A stretch of DNA of 49,349 nt from assembly GCA_002256535.1 (NCBI GenBank), contig NMUJ01000003.1, positions 1-49,349 of the forward strand, written 5' to 3'. This DNA is from a candidate division WOR-3 bacterium 4484_18. GTDB taxonomy: Bacteria; Hydrothermota; UBA3073; NMUJ01. How positions within the stretch are numbered: position 1 is the stretch's first letter; every line of letters begins with the position of its first letter. Below the pieces are notes generated by a model that saw only the letters and a program-made list of their open reading frames with translations, ran no database searches and was not told the DNA's origin. Both the position numbers and the translations under genes were made by a program. This document shows positions 21,537 through 30,884 of the stretch, in pieces.

Positions 21537-22529
21537 ATGAAGTTTGTAAGATATAAATTACCGGAGAAAATCGAGATCCTTGAGCATACTCCATTCTATG
21601 GTAAGTTTCTCTTTACACCACTTGAAAAAGGTATGGGCTGGGCGATAGGTAATGCCTTAAGGAGGGTGCTTCTATCGTCAATACCTGGAGCAGCCATAAC
21701 TGCGTTACGGATCGATGGCGTATGGCATGAATTCTCGTCACTCGAAAACATACGTGAAGATGTACCCGAAATCATACTTAACCTCAAGAAGGTAAAGTTA
21801 AAGCTGACAGAGGTATTCGAGACCACATTGACACTGGAGGTACAGAAGAGAGGTGAAGTGAAGGCTAAGGATTTAAAGGGCGATCACCACGTGGGGATCG
21901 TGAATCCCGACCAGTATCTATTTACGGTGGTCGAGGATCTCGAACATCCGTTACGTATGGAGATGGAGGTGACTACTGGTCGAGGTTATACACCGCTCGA
22001 GTATCTGAGGCGTAAGAATGCACCCGTGGGCACTATATTTATGGATGGATTGTATTCACCTGTTACAAGGGTGACCTTCGAGGTTGGTGCTACACGTGTG
22101 GAGGAACGCGTGGATTATGATGAATTAACCATGGAGATATGGACTGATGGTAGGGTTGACCCTAAATCAGCGCTCGTAGCGGCAAGTAAGTTGCTCATAT
22201 TGCATATGGAAAGGATATCAGAGCTCGAAGCTGTACCGGTTGAACTCGTGAAAGGGCTCACAAAGGAAGAAGAGGAATTTCTACGTAAGATACAACAACC
22301 TATTGATGCGCTCAAGGATATGATAAGCTCACGTACTCTGAAGGCACTCAAAGATGCAGGGATTGAAACCGTTAATGACCTTATACAGTATTCGGAAGAG
22401 GAGATTTACCAAATACCAAACATTGGACGTAAGTCGATTGACCAATTGAAGGCAGCGCTGGGTATGTTAAATCTTGCCCTCGGTATGCAACTTGGGGAGA
22501 AGTTCAAAAAATACACAATAGAGAGGTAA
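21537..22529 (+). CDS. rpoA: DNA-directed RNA polymerase subunit alpha
   Basis: 330 aa, GNALRRVLLSSIPGAAIT; C-terminal domain with SRTLKALKDAGIETVNDL. Confidence 0.95.
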   Translation: MKFVRYKLPEKIEILEHTPFYGKFLFTPLEKGMGWAIGNALRRVLLSSIPGAAITALRIDGVWHEFSSLENIREDVPEIILNLKKVKLKLTEVFETTLTLEVQKRGEVKAKDLKGDHHVGIVNPDQYLFTVVEDLEHPLRMEMEVTTGRGYTPLEYLRRKNAPVGTIFMDGLYSPVTRVTFEVGATRVEERVDYDELTMEIWTDGRVDPKSALVAASKLLILHMERISELEAVPVELVKGLTKEEEEFLRKIQQPIDALKDMISSRTLKALKDAGIETVNDLIQYSEEEIYQIPNIGRKSIDQLKAALGMLNLALGMQLGEKFKKYTIER

Positions 22530-22530
22530 C

Positions 22531-22938
22531 ATGCGTCACAAAGTGAAGCGTATCAAATTAAGTCGTGACCTCGACCATAAGCGTGCTTTATTGCGTAACC
22601 TTGTAGCTGCATTGTTCACACATAAAGCTATTGTTACCACAGAGGCGAAGGCACGTGCTGCACGCTCACTTGCGGAGCGTTTGATACATATCGCTAAGAG
22701 GGGAGACCTCGCTGCCCGTAGAGAGGTATTGACGAGGTTGCCACAACCAGATGTTGTGAGGCACCTTTTCGATGTTATAGTACCAAAAGTACGCGAAAGA
22801 GAAGGAGGTTACACTCAGATACTACACTATGGGATAAGGAAGAGCGATGGTGCACGTCTTGTTCTGTGGAAGTTGACTGATTTCGAGAAAGAAGTGACAA
22901 CCAAACCAGAAGAAAAATCCACCAAACAAGGAGCATAA
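22531..22938 (+). CDS. rplQ: 50S ribosomal protein L17
   Basis: MRHKVKRIKLSRDLDHKRALLRNL...TTEAKA. Confidence 0.94.
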   Translation: MRHKVKRIKLSRDLDHKRALLRNLVAALFTHKAIVTTEAKARAARSLAERLIHIAKRGDLAARREVLTRLPQPDVVRHLFDVIVPKVREREGGYTQILHYGIRKSDGARLVLWKLTDFEKEVTTKPEEKSTKQGA

Positions 22939-23897
22939 TGCGAAGGATTGCATCTATCCTATTTTTACTTTGGGTAGGTTCGTTATTTGCACAAGTAAAG
23001 ATCGGGTTCATCAACTCACAGAAAATACTGGATGGATATCGTGGCAGAGAAACATTATTGAACGAATACAATAGACGTAAGCAAGAATGGGAGGCAAAAG
23101 CACAACAGATGCAAACCGAAATACGCGATATGTACAATGCCTTAGAAGAGCAGCGTGCAATGCTATCCGAAGAGGCGTTTGATAGAAGGCTTTCAGAAAT
23201 CCGTCAGAAGGAAGCTGAATATCAACAATTTTTACAGGAAGTGTTCGCCCCTGGGGGTAAGCTTGAACAACTCTACAGCGAGGTGATGGACCCCTTCATA
23301 CGTAGGGTGAAGGAGATAACACAAAGAATAGCACAGGAAGAAGGCTATACAGTGATACTCGATCTTGCCAGCGGTATGGTACTTTACTATGATGAGAAGG
23401 ACGATCTTACTCAGAAGGTGCTCAACGAACTAAATGCTGAGTTTGTACAGGCTGAGATAGATACGACACCATCGTTGCTCGGTAAACCACGTTTCTGGGT
23501 GTTCAAGTTTAGAGAGCTGGACGATGAGAGCAAACGGTTGGGGTTAGGCAGTAAGATGGTAAGCTTTATGAAGGCCGCTATTGCAGTTATCGGTAAATAC
23601 GAGATAGCTGAGGGAGATCGTATCAAAAGCGCTGTGGGGGATGCAGGACTTATAGGTAAGAGGGAAGAGGAGTTCGATTTCCATGATGCATTGGAGGTGG
23701 GTAGGTTGGTGCCGCTTGATCTGGTCATCATTGGTGAAGTCAGCACATCAGGAGGTGTGGTTACCGGTAAATGTAAGGTTATAAGTGTAAAAGAGGAGGC
23801 TGTGATAAGTGAGGTTGAAGAGACTGTGACGGGTACCTCGGAGGAGGCTATAAAGACGCTCGTCTCGAAGATGGTAGAGAAGATACAATTTCCATGA
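22938..23897 (+). CDS. Skp/OmpH-like periplasmic chaperone fused to an extra ~150-aa C-terminal domain
   Basis: Signal peptide MRRIASILFLLWVGSLFAQ, then a coiled-coil OmpH-like region (IGFINSQKIL...). An additional C-terminal half is present. Sits directly upstream of lpxD, as skp does in many diderms. Confidence 0.7.
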   Translation: MRRIASILFLLWVGSLFAQVKIGFINSQKILDGYRGRETLLNEYNRRKQEWEAKAQQMQTEIRDMYNALEEQRAMLSEEAFDRRLSEIRQKEAEYQQFLQEVFAPGGKLEQLYSEVMDPFIRRVKEITQRIAQEEGYTVILDLASGMVLYYDEKDDLTQKVLNELNAEFVQAEIDTTPSLLGKPRFWVFKFRELDDESKRLGLGSKMVSFMKAAIAVIGKYEIAEGDRIKSAVGDAGLIGKREEEFDFHDALEVGRLVPLDLVIIGEVSTSGGVVTGKCKVISVKEEAVISEVEETVTGTSEEAIKTLVSKMVEKIQFP

Positions 23898-24910
23898 AAG
23901 TAAAGGATATAGCAGATATATTGGATGGTGAAGTAGATGGTGACACCAAACGCGAGATCAAAGATATAGCACCTGTTGACGAAGTTGACGAAAATACAAT
24001 CGCTGTGTTACGTGGGGAAGAAGATTGGAATAAAATTAAAAAGAAGGCGGGTGCTATAGTAATTCCACATAATGTAGTACCAGATCGTAGGTTAAGCTAT
24101 AGTTTCATAAGAGTTAAAAATACAGGGGTTGCCTTTGCACGTCTCGTTGAGTTATTCTATCCAAGAGAGGTACCGCAACCCTCCATAAGCCCGATGGCAT
24201 ACTTAGGTGATGTTAAGTTAGGCAAAAATGTGTACATAGGTGCATATACGTGGATAGGAGATGCGGTTGAGATAGGTGATCATACTGTTGTATATCCGTT
24301 CGTGTACATTGCAGGTGATACTAAGATAGGTGCTAACACTATAATATACCCAAGTGTTGTAATCTACTCACGTGTTACAATAGGGGCGAATGTCGTGATA
24401 CATAGTGGTACAATTATCGGTAGCCCCGGTTTTGGCTACGTAAGGTGTGAAGATGGGTGGTTACATATACCACAGGTTGGTGGTGTAGTTATCGAGGATG
24501 ACGTTCATATAGGGGCAAACGTCACCATAGATAGTGGGACGTTACGACCTACCCGTATCGGTAAAGGGGTTAAGATCGATAACCTTGTCCAAATCGCACA
24601 CAATGTGAAAATAGGTGAGAATACAGTTATTGCGGCACAAACCGGTATTGCAGGTAGCTCGGAGCTCGGCAACTGGGTGGTGTTAGGAGGGCAAGTGGGT
24701 ATCACTGACCATGTGAATTTAGGTGATGGTGTTATGGTAGCTGCACAGTCAGGTGTTACAAAGAGTGCACCACCAAATACTAAACTGTTCGGTTACCCCG
24801 CACGTGAATATGATAAGGCACGACGCACCTATGCGATATTGTTTGAGCTACCCCAAATTGCACGTAAGGTGAAAGAACTGGAGAAACGGTTAAAAGAACG
24901 AGAGATATGA
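23894..24910 (+). CDS. lpxD: UDP-3-O-acylglucosamine N-acyltransferase
   Basis: 338 aa with long left-handed beta-helix hexapeptide repeats (IGANV.I..G..IG) and an LpxD-type N-terminal domain. Follows the skp-like gene. Confidence 0.88.
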   Translation: MKVKDIADILDGEVDGDTKREIKDIAPVDEVDENTIAVLRGEEDWNKIKKKAGAIVIPHNVVPDRRLSYSFIRVKNTGVAFARLVELFYPREVPQPSISPMAYLGDVKLGKNVYIGAYTWIGDAVEIGDHTVVYPFVYIAGDTKIGANTIIYPSVVIYSRVTIGANVVIHSGTIIGSPGFGYVRCEDGWLHIPQVGGVVIEDDVHIGANVTIDSGTLRPTRIGKGVKIDNLVQIAHNVKIGENTVIAAQTGIAGSSELGNWVVLGGQVGITDHVNLGDGVMVAAQSGVTKSAPPNTKLFGYPAREYDKARRTYAILFELPQIARKVKELEKRLKEREI

Positions 24911-25293
24911 AGATCTTCACACCACTCGAACAGAAGCTTCTACTTATATTGCTGGCAGGCGTGTTCGTAGGGGTTGTAGTGTATTGGTTAAAGTTAAAGG
25001 AAAGCCCAATAGTGAGCGAGTTCGCAATCGAAACCATGGGCACATCTGTAGATACTATAAAAGAGGGTGAACCCAATATCCATGTAATATCACAAAAGAA
25101 GGTTAACCTCAACACTGCCACATTTGAGGAACTGTTGAGGTTACCAGGTGTAGGCCCCGCCATTGCAAATGAGATCATAAAATATCGTGAGAAACATAAA
25201 TTTGCGAAGATAACAGATATAATGAAGGTACCGGGGATAGGCAAAAAGAAGTTTGCAAGACTAAAAGACCTAATATGTGTAAATGAACGATAG
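24907..25293 (+). CDS. comEA: ComEA-family helix-hairpin-helix DNA-binding protein
   Basis: N-terminal TM segment, then VNLNTATFEELLRLPGVGPAIANEIIKYRE...ITDIMKVPGIGKKKF. Confidence 0.8.
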   Translation: MKIFTPLEQKLLLILLAGVFVGVVVYWLKLKESPIVSEFAIETMGTSVDTIKEGEPNIHVISQKKVNLNTATFEELLRLPGVGPAIANEIIKYREKHKFAKITDIMKVPGIGKKKFARLKDLICVNER

Positions 25294-25576
25294 ATCCAAA
25301 GACACGAAGATAATCTGTAGGTGTGAAGATCTCACAGAGGATGAGATCATAAAATATATCGAACAAGGCTACCATACGCTCGAGGAGATAAAGAGAGCTT
25401 CACGTGCAGGTATGGGACACTGTCAGGGTAGAACCTGTCAAAGGTTGATTGCACAGATCATCAGCAAAAAGCTTGGTATTCCACTGGAAAATATAAAACC
25501 ACCTACAGCACGTCCACCAATAAAACCTATACCTCTTAAAGTTACCTTAAACTTAAAACGTAAGAATACTGCATAA
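25283..25576 (+). CDS. BFD-like [2Fe-2S]-binding domain protein
   Basis: 97 aa, CRCEDLTEDEI...GMGHCQGRTC (CxC...Cx4C pattern). Confidence 0.65.
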   Translation: MNDRSKDTKIICRCEDLTEDEIIKYIEQGYHTLEEIKRASRAGMGHCQGRTCQRLIAQIISKKLGIPLENIKPPTARPPIKPIPLKVTLNLKRKNTA

Positions 25577-25579
25577 AGG

Positions 25580-26884
25580 TTAACGACCTATACCACTGTA
25601 GGTGAAGCCCAATTTCTTCATAACTTCGGGCTCGAGAAGGTTTACCCCATCAATGATTATAGGAGTGGACATACCCTTCTTAAGGCGTCGATAATCGAGT
25701 TGCTTAAACTCTTCCCATCCTACTAATAGGAGTAATAAATCTAAATTTTTGAATTCGTAAGGAGTGGCACAATACTCAATATCCGGGAGTATGGTTTTGG
25801 CTTCATCTATGGCCATTGGATCGTAAGCTTTTATAAATGCACCCCCTTGTTTCAATAATTTCACTATCCTGACAGCAGGTGAGTTACGTATGTCTTTGGT
25901 ACATGGTTTAAAAGATAGCCCCAACACACCGACTGTTTTCCCATAAAGGATACCACCGAGCGCCTTCTTCACCTTCCACACTATGGACTGTATTTGCTCT
26001 TCGTTTCTTTCGAATATGGACTTTAAAAAGCGTGGCTCGTAATCATAGGATTGTGCCATGTGGATGAGCGCTTTCAAATCTTTTGTAAGACATGGCCCCC
26101 CAAACCCTATACCGGGGGAGAGGTATCCATCGCCTAACCTGGGGTCATAGCTTAGCCCTTTTATGATATTTTTGATATCAGCGCCTACTCTTTCTGAGAT
26201 CGTGGCTATCTCATTTATAAACGATATGCGGGACGCAAGAAAGGCATTTGCTGCATACTTTATCATCTGTGCATCTATTGGTGAGGTTAAAAGAACTGGT
26301 GTTGATAATGGTTTATAAAGTTGAGCTACAACCTGAGCCGCTTGCTTGTTGTCAGCCCCTATTACTACTCTGGAAGGGTTGAAAAAGTCATGGATGGCAT
26401 TCCCTTCACGCAGGAATTCAGGGTTAACCACGAGATCGAAATCTTTACCTTCTTTACATTTTTGTGACAGTATGTTCCTTATGAGGTCGACACTCCCCAC
26501 AGGGACGGTACTTTTTATCACGATGATCTTGTAGTTATTTATTGATTCACTTAACCCATGTGCTACATTTATTATCTGGGAGAGATCAGCTTCACCAGTA
26601 TCTTTAGTTGGTGTACCCACAGCTACGAAAATGATGGAAGATGACGTAACTGCTTCCTTTAAGTCTACTGTGAAGGTAAGCCTATCTCGGTTTTTACGTA
26701 GTAGCTGTTCCATACCTACTTCATAAATAGGTGATATGCCGCAGTTTAATGTCTTGATCTTCTCGTCATCAACGTCCACCCCGATAACTTTATGCCCTAA
26801 CTCGGCAAACCCTACTACTGTAGTAAGCCCTACATAACCCAACCCTATAACGCATAAGGTTTGTGATGTGTGACTGTGGTTCAT
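25580..26884 (-). CDS. ugd: UDP-glucose 6-dehydrogenase
   Basis: VIGLGYVGL Rossmann motif and catalytic GFGGPCLTKD. The ATG at 26884 forms an ATGA overlap with the epimerase stop. The ORF-track start at 26974 is an extension. Confidence 0.9.
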   Translation of the reverse strand: MNHSHTSQTLCVIGLGYVGLTTVVGFAELGHKVIGVDVDDEKIKTLNCGISPIYEVGMEQLLRKNRDRLTFTVDLKEAVTSSSIIFVAVGTPTKDTGEADLSQIINVAHGLSESINNYKIIVIKSTVPVGSVDLIRNILSQKCKEGKDFDLVVNPEFLREGNAIHDFFNPSRVVIGADNKQAAQVVAQLYKPLSTPVLLTSPIDAQMIKYAANAFLASRISFINEIATISERVGADIKNIIKGLSYDPRLGDGYLSPGIGFGGPCLTKDLKALIHMAQSYDYEPRFLKSIFERNEEQIQSIVWKVKKALGGILYGKTVGVLGLSFKPCTKDIRNSPAVRIVKLLKQGGAFIKAYDPMAIDEAKTILPDIEYCATPYEFKNLDLLLLLVGWEEFKQLDYRRLKKGMSTPIIIDGVNLLEPEVMKKLGFTYSGIGR

Positions 26885-27852
26885 AGTTGCACCTGCTTCA
26901 ACCAATCTCTGTTTTTCGCATGCCACTCTACGGTCATTTTTAATCCATCCTCTATACCTATACGGGGTTGCCAACCCAAAAGCTTATTTGCCTTCGATAT
27001 ATCAGCCCAGCTTGCTTTCATATCTGCTATATGGAATGGTTTATATTCTATTTTTGCTTTTTTGTTGAGAAACTTCTCAATCAACGAGATGACGTATTTC
27101 AGGGAGGAAGGTTCGTTACCGCCACCTAAATTTATTATTTCATAACCTACGTTTTTGAGCGCCTTTATTGTACCTTCGGCAATGTCATCCACATAAGTGA
27201 AGTCGCGACTCTGCAAACCATCTCCAAATAGTTGAAGGGGTGCACCTTCATCTATCCATTTGATGAACCTAAATATACTCATATCAGGACGGCCAGCTGG
27301 CCCGTAAACCGTGAAATACCTAAGGATGGATACATCAACCCCGTATAAAGAGTGGTAAGTATAAGATAGGACTTCTGCCGCTTTTTTCGATGCAGCATAA
27401 GGTGAGATAGGTGTGTTGACTGGTAGGTCTTCCTTGAATGGCATATTTTGTCCTGCGTATAGGGAAGATGTAGATGCTAAGATAAATTTTCGTATGTCAA
27501 ACTCTTTACAGAGTTCCAACAGGTTAAGTGTACCAAGCGTGTTGGTGGTGAAGTATACGTGTGGGTCTTCTACCGAAGCTCTTACACCAGCACGTGCAGC
27601 TAAATTTATGACAGCATCGAATTTGTACTTCTGGAATAATGAGCGTAAAGCTCCGATATGTTCGATGTCAAGCTTGTGGAACGTAAAATTGGCGAATCTT
27701 TCCAGTTGGCTCAACCGCCATTCCTTTAACCTCACATCGTAGTGGTGATTTAGGTTGTCGATACCAACCACTGTGTAACCGTATTCTAATAGCTTCTCAC
27801 AAGTTTTCCAACCTATGAAGCCGGCCGCTCCCGTGACTAATATGGACCCCAT
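26881..27852 (-). CDS. NAD-dependent UDP-sugar 4-epimerase (UDP-glucuronate 4-epimerase-like SDR)
   Basis: VTGAAGFIG and YAASK (YxxxK); 323 aa. Coupled to ugd. Confidence 0.85.
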   Translation of the reverse strand: MGSILVTGAAGFIGWKTCEKLLEYGYTVVGIDNLNHHYDVRLKEWRLSQLERFANFTFHKLDIEHIGALRSLFQKYKFDAVINLAARAGVRASVEDPHVYFTTNTLGTLNLLELCKEFDIRKFILASTSSLYAGQNMPFKEDLPVNTPISPYAASKKAAEVLSYTYHSLYGVDVSILRYFTVYGPAGRPDMSIFRFIKWIDEGAPLQLFGDGLQSRDFTYVDDIAEGTIKALKNVGYEIINLGGGNEPSSLKYVISLIEKFLNKKAKIEYKPFHIADMKASWADISKANKLLGWQPRIGIEDGLKMTVEWHAKNRDWLKQVQL

Positions 27853-27898
27853 ATGATAGCCTCTAATCTCTAAGCCAGTTTAAGATATTAAACTATAT

Positions 27899-27930
27899 TG
27901 ATCGTCAAGTTAGATTGACTTTGTTGAAAA
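27899..27930. promoter_or_regulatory. shared intergenic motif, copy A (bidirectional promoter region)
   Basis: TGATCGTCAAGTTAGATTGACTTTGTTGAAAA. The reverse complement gives CTTGACGATCA as a -35-like element for the epimerase operon. Compare copy B at 47599. Confidence 0.35.
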
Positions 27931-27949
27931 CCTCATAAAATAAAAGCAA

Positions 27950-29122
27950 ATGGCTACAGACAAGTTAAAAGTGTGTATATTCAAAGGGGACAAGGTGAAG
28001 ATAGAACTCCGGAAACCCATTAAATTTGGTAATCAAAAGCTATGTGCCGGGGTCTGGGAAGTAAGGAGTGAAATGCTGAGTTCACCTCAGATTGACTACT
28101 TTCTGGTAGTAGGTGAAGCTATCGAAAAGGATAGATTAGCAAGCGTAACAAAAGAGTTTGAAGCACGTGGCTATTCATCAAGGGTGCTCAAATATAAAAG
28201 TATATGGTTTGCAGGTATAGGGCCGTTTCGAGTACCTGACCCGTTGCAGATGTTATCGCATCATAGTGTGTACTTCTTTCCTGAGGTGAAACGTCCAGCT
28301 ATAACCAACGTGATCGCCCGAAATATAAGCAATGGTCGAACAGTGCAGTTACCTCGACACTTTTATGTATCACCAGAGGAGCCATTTGATCTCATTATAT
28401 ATAATAAAGTGGGCCGTGGGTTCCATTTTGAGTTTGAAGAGAAGCAGAATTACGAAGGTGAGCTCGAATTCACCGTCGGTTATGATGGTAAACTTCTTCT
28501 TATTAATCATATAGAGCTCGAGCGGTATCTTGCAAGTGTAATATCGTCGGAGATGCTGGTATCACTTCCCATAGAGGTGTTGAAGGCACAAGCTGTGGCA
28601 GCCAGAAACTGGTTACTTACGGCGGCCATCAAACACCATATAGGGGAGCCTTTTGATGTATGTAACGATGATCATTGTCAGGAGTATCGTGGTGTAAGGG
28701 ATGAGAATAATATTGCTCGTAAGGTAATAGACGAGACCCGCAATGAGGTGCTTTACTATAAGGGTGAGCCTGTGGATACAAGGTTTGCAAAGGTATGTGG
28801 TGGTATAACCGAGGAGTTTAATAACGTATGGGGTGAAACCTTTTACTCACGCTCGATATTTGATGGCCCCGGTACGTATGATATGGATCTACGGAAAGAA
28901 GATAATTTCAGGTTATGGATAGAACAGCCACCACCTGCGTATTGCAATACACAGGGTAATACTGAATATTTCGAATACGGTAGAAAGTACTTCAGGTGGT
29001 ATGAAACGATCGATCCACATACATTGCGTGAGATTATCCTCAGCAAGACCGGCATAGATATAGGATACCCCATAGGGCAATACTATCACCCACGTATTTA
29101 CCAAGTTCTGCATTCTATGTGA
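27950..29122 (+). CDS. SpoIID/LytB-domain protein, N-terminal and central part
   Basis: 390-aa ORF, ...YLASVISSEM...LKAQAVAARNW...CNDDHCQEYRG (SpoIID-type). The frame ends just before the conserved GWGHGVG block. Confidence 0.75.
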   Translation: MATDKLKVCIFKGDKVKIELRKPIKFGNQKLCAGVWEVRSEMLSSPQIDYFLVVGEAIEKDRLASVTKEFEARGYSSRVLKYKSIWFAGIGPFRVPDPLQMLSHHSVYFFPEVKRPAITNVIARNISNGRTVQLPRHFYVSPEEPFDLIIYNKVGRGFHFEFEEKQNYEGELEFTVGYDGKLLLINHIELERYLASVISSEMLVSLPIEVLKAQAVAARNWLLTAAIKHHIGEPFDVCNDDHCQEYRGVRDENNIARKVIDETRNEVLYYKGEPVDTRFAKVCGGITEEFNNVWGETFYSRSIFDGPGTYDMDLRKEDNFRLWIEQPPPAYCNTQGNTEYFEYGRKYFRWYETIDPHTLREIILSKTGIDIGYPIGQYYHPRIYQVLHSM

Positions 29123-29307
29123 AATACAATGGACAACAGTTCATATTGAAAGGAGCAGGTTGGGGTCATGGGGTTGGATTGTGCCAGGTAGGGGCAGCTA
29201 AGTTGGCATCTATAGGATGGAATTACAGGCAGATACTTTTACATTACTACCCGAATACCGAGGTTAGACAGATTCATGTCAAAAAGGAGGAGGGATGCGT
29301 GTCATAA
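29119..29307 (+). CDS. SpoIID/LytB-domain protein, C-terminal fragment in another frame
   Basis: 62-aa ORF, GAGWGHGVGLCQVGAAKLASIGWNYRQILLHYYP. This is the conserved C-terminal block of the same family. Confidence 0.75.
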   Translation: MKYNGQQFILKGAGWGHGVGLCQVGAAKLASIGWNYRQILLHYYPNTEVRQIHVKKEEGCVS

Positions 29308-29928
29308 AGGTGAAGGACTATAAGTGTTTGTCTAAATTGGCTGCTAAAATAGTAGCCACCCTAATACGAAAATCCACAAAGCTATCACCATTTCATGTGG
29401 GAAAATTTCTTCCACCATGTGAACGTAAATCCATATAATGTACATATACCAGATGGTAACGCTCCCGATATACGTCAACATTGTGATTGGTATGAAGCCC
29501 GTATACGTAAATTCGGTGGCATAGATCTACAGATACTGGGTATAGGGCGTGATGGTCACATAGGGTTTAATGAACCTGGATCATCTTTAGGGTCACGTAC
29601 CCGTATAAAGACGTTGCTCGAAGTTACACGTAGAGATAATGCGAGGTTCTTCGATGGCAAAATCGAAAATGTACCCAAATACGCAATCACGATGGGGATA
29701 GGTACGATCTTGGATGCAAAGGCGATATTGTTGCTGGCAAGTGGTGAATCTAAAGCAGATGCAATTAAAAAGGCGGTAGAGGGGCCCATAACAGCGATGG
29801 TACCTGCGAGCGTGCTACAACTGCATCGTGACACCACAGTTGTAGTAGATGAGGCAGCTGCTAAGTATCTGGAACTACCATGGGAAACGGAAGAGGACTA
29901 TGAACGTGTGGAGTCACTCTTCGGTTGA
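29295..29928 (+). pseudogene. nagB: glucosamine-6-phosphate deaminase with an internal ~60-codon gap and frame change
   Basis: ATG at 29295 follows GGAGG: MRVIKVKDYKCLSKLAAKIVATLI... The second frame runs from ~29365: NPQSYHHFMWENFFHHVNV...GIGRDGHIGFNEPGSSLGSRTRIKTL. The region with the usual GLPTGGTP/NMDEY motifs is missing. Confidence 0.8.
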
Positions 29929-30884
29929 TATAACAGCCGAAGTATGAGAATGCCACCGATTATCATAGCGAGCAACCCAGTATAAAACCGCCATATAACT
30001 ACGTAAAGGCCAAGAAGATGTGCAGGACATATGAGACGCCAAAGCCCGAACCCACCAGCTTCTGCTACACCACTTGATCCAGGTGTCGGTATAAAAAGTA
30101 GCAAATACGCCAGTATTATTTGTATTACGAAGGTTGTAACAAAAAGTGGGTCAATGCCTAATCCTTTAAATAAGACATAGGGTATGGTAAAAAATGCACA
30201 GCGTGCGAGAAGGGTTATGCCGAATGAAAGTAGAAAAAATAGCTTACCATGGGTGAAAGTCTCTTTGATAGCAACCCGTAACTTTTGTAGCTCATTATAT
30301 ACACGGGAGAACTTGCCTCTCGTCCACCTTTTGGGCATGAAAAAGAATACGATAAATAGTATTACAAGAAGCAGAACGATTATACCTACGTAACTGCCAG
30401 CCCTTACGACGAAACGGCCACGTAGCAATTCCTTCTCTAACAGTATAATCGGTACAAGCAGGGGTAAGATCAACACGTTAAGTATTGCACGCATAATGAT
30501 AACGTTGCCAGCTTCACCGAGGTTAAGTCCATCCCTATGTAATACATAGAGTTGGAAAGGTACACCCACAACACCAGTAGGTACCACGGTAAGGAAGCAT
30601 CCACCAAAATAGAATTCGGATGCCGCACGTAACGATATGAGTTTACCCATGGTACGACCTAATACCTGTATACGTAGGAGCTCAAAATAATAGAATACAA
30701 CTGTCACCAACAGTGCAAGTAGAAAGTACAGAGGGGAAAAGTTTCTAAACGCTTGTAGGGTATCTTTACCCGTGGTGAAGATAAGCACCCCGATTATACT
30801 CACAACGGTTACAACAAGGAAAATGCGTAACCATCGTATTATTAATTTGCGTTTGGATTGAAGTACGGTTGGCTTATCTTTCAT
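29898..30884 (-). CDS. flippase-like (lysylphosphatidylglycerol synthase TM region / UPF0104-like) membrane protein
   Basis: 328 aa, about 8 hydrophobic segments with a basic N-terminus. ATGA overlap with the murJ stop. Confidence 0.5.
   Translation of the reverse strand: MKDKPTVLQSKRKLIIRWLRIFLVVTVVSIIGVLIFTTGKDTLQAFRNFSPLYFLLALLVTVVFYYFELLRIQVLGRTMGKLISLRAASEFYFGGCFLTVVPTGVVGVPFQLYVLHRDGLNLGEAGNVIIMRAILNVLILPLLVPIILLEKELLRGRFVVRAGSYVGIIVLLLVILFIVFFFMPKRWTRGKFSRVYNELQKLRVAIKETFTHGKLFFLLSFGITLLARCAFFTIPYVLFKGLGIDPLFVTTFVIQIILAYLLLFIPTPGSSGVAEAGGFGLWRLICPAHLLGLYVVIWRFYTGLLAMIIGGILILRLLYQPKSDSTRS

Noticed and set aside
26885-26974. Upstream extension of ugd; the same applies to rnpA at 32735..32794
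   Set aside because: The extensions run into the preceding genes (the epimerase and rpmH). Conserved N-termini and ATGA or GTG starts place the true starts downstream.
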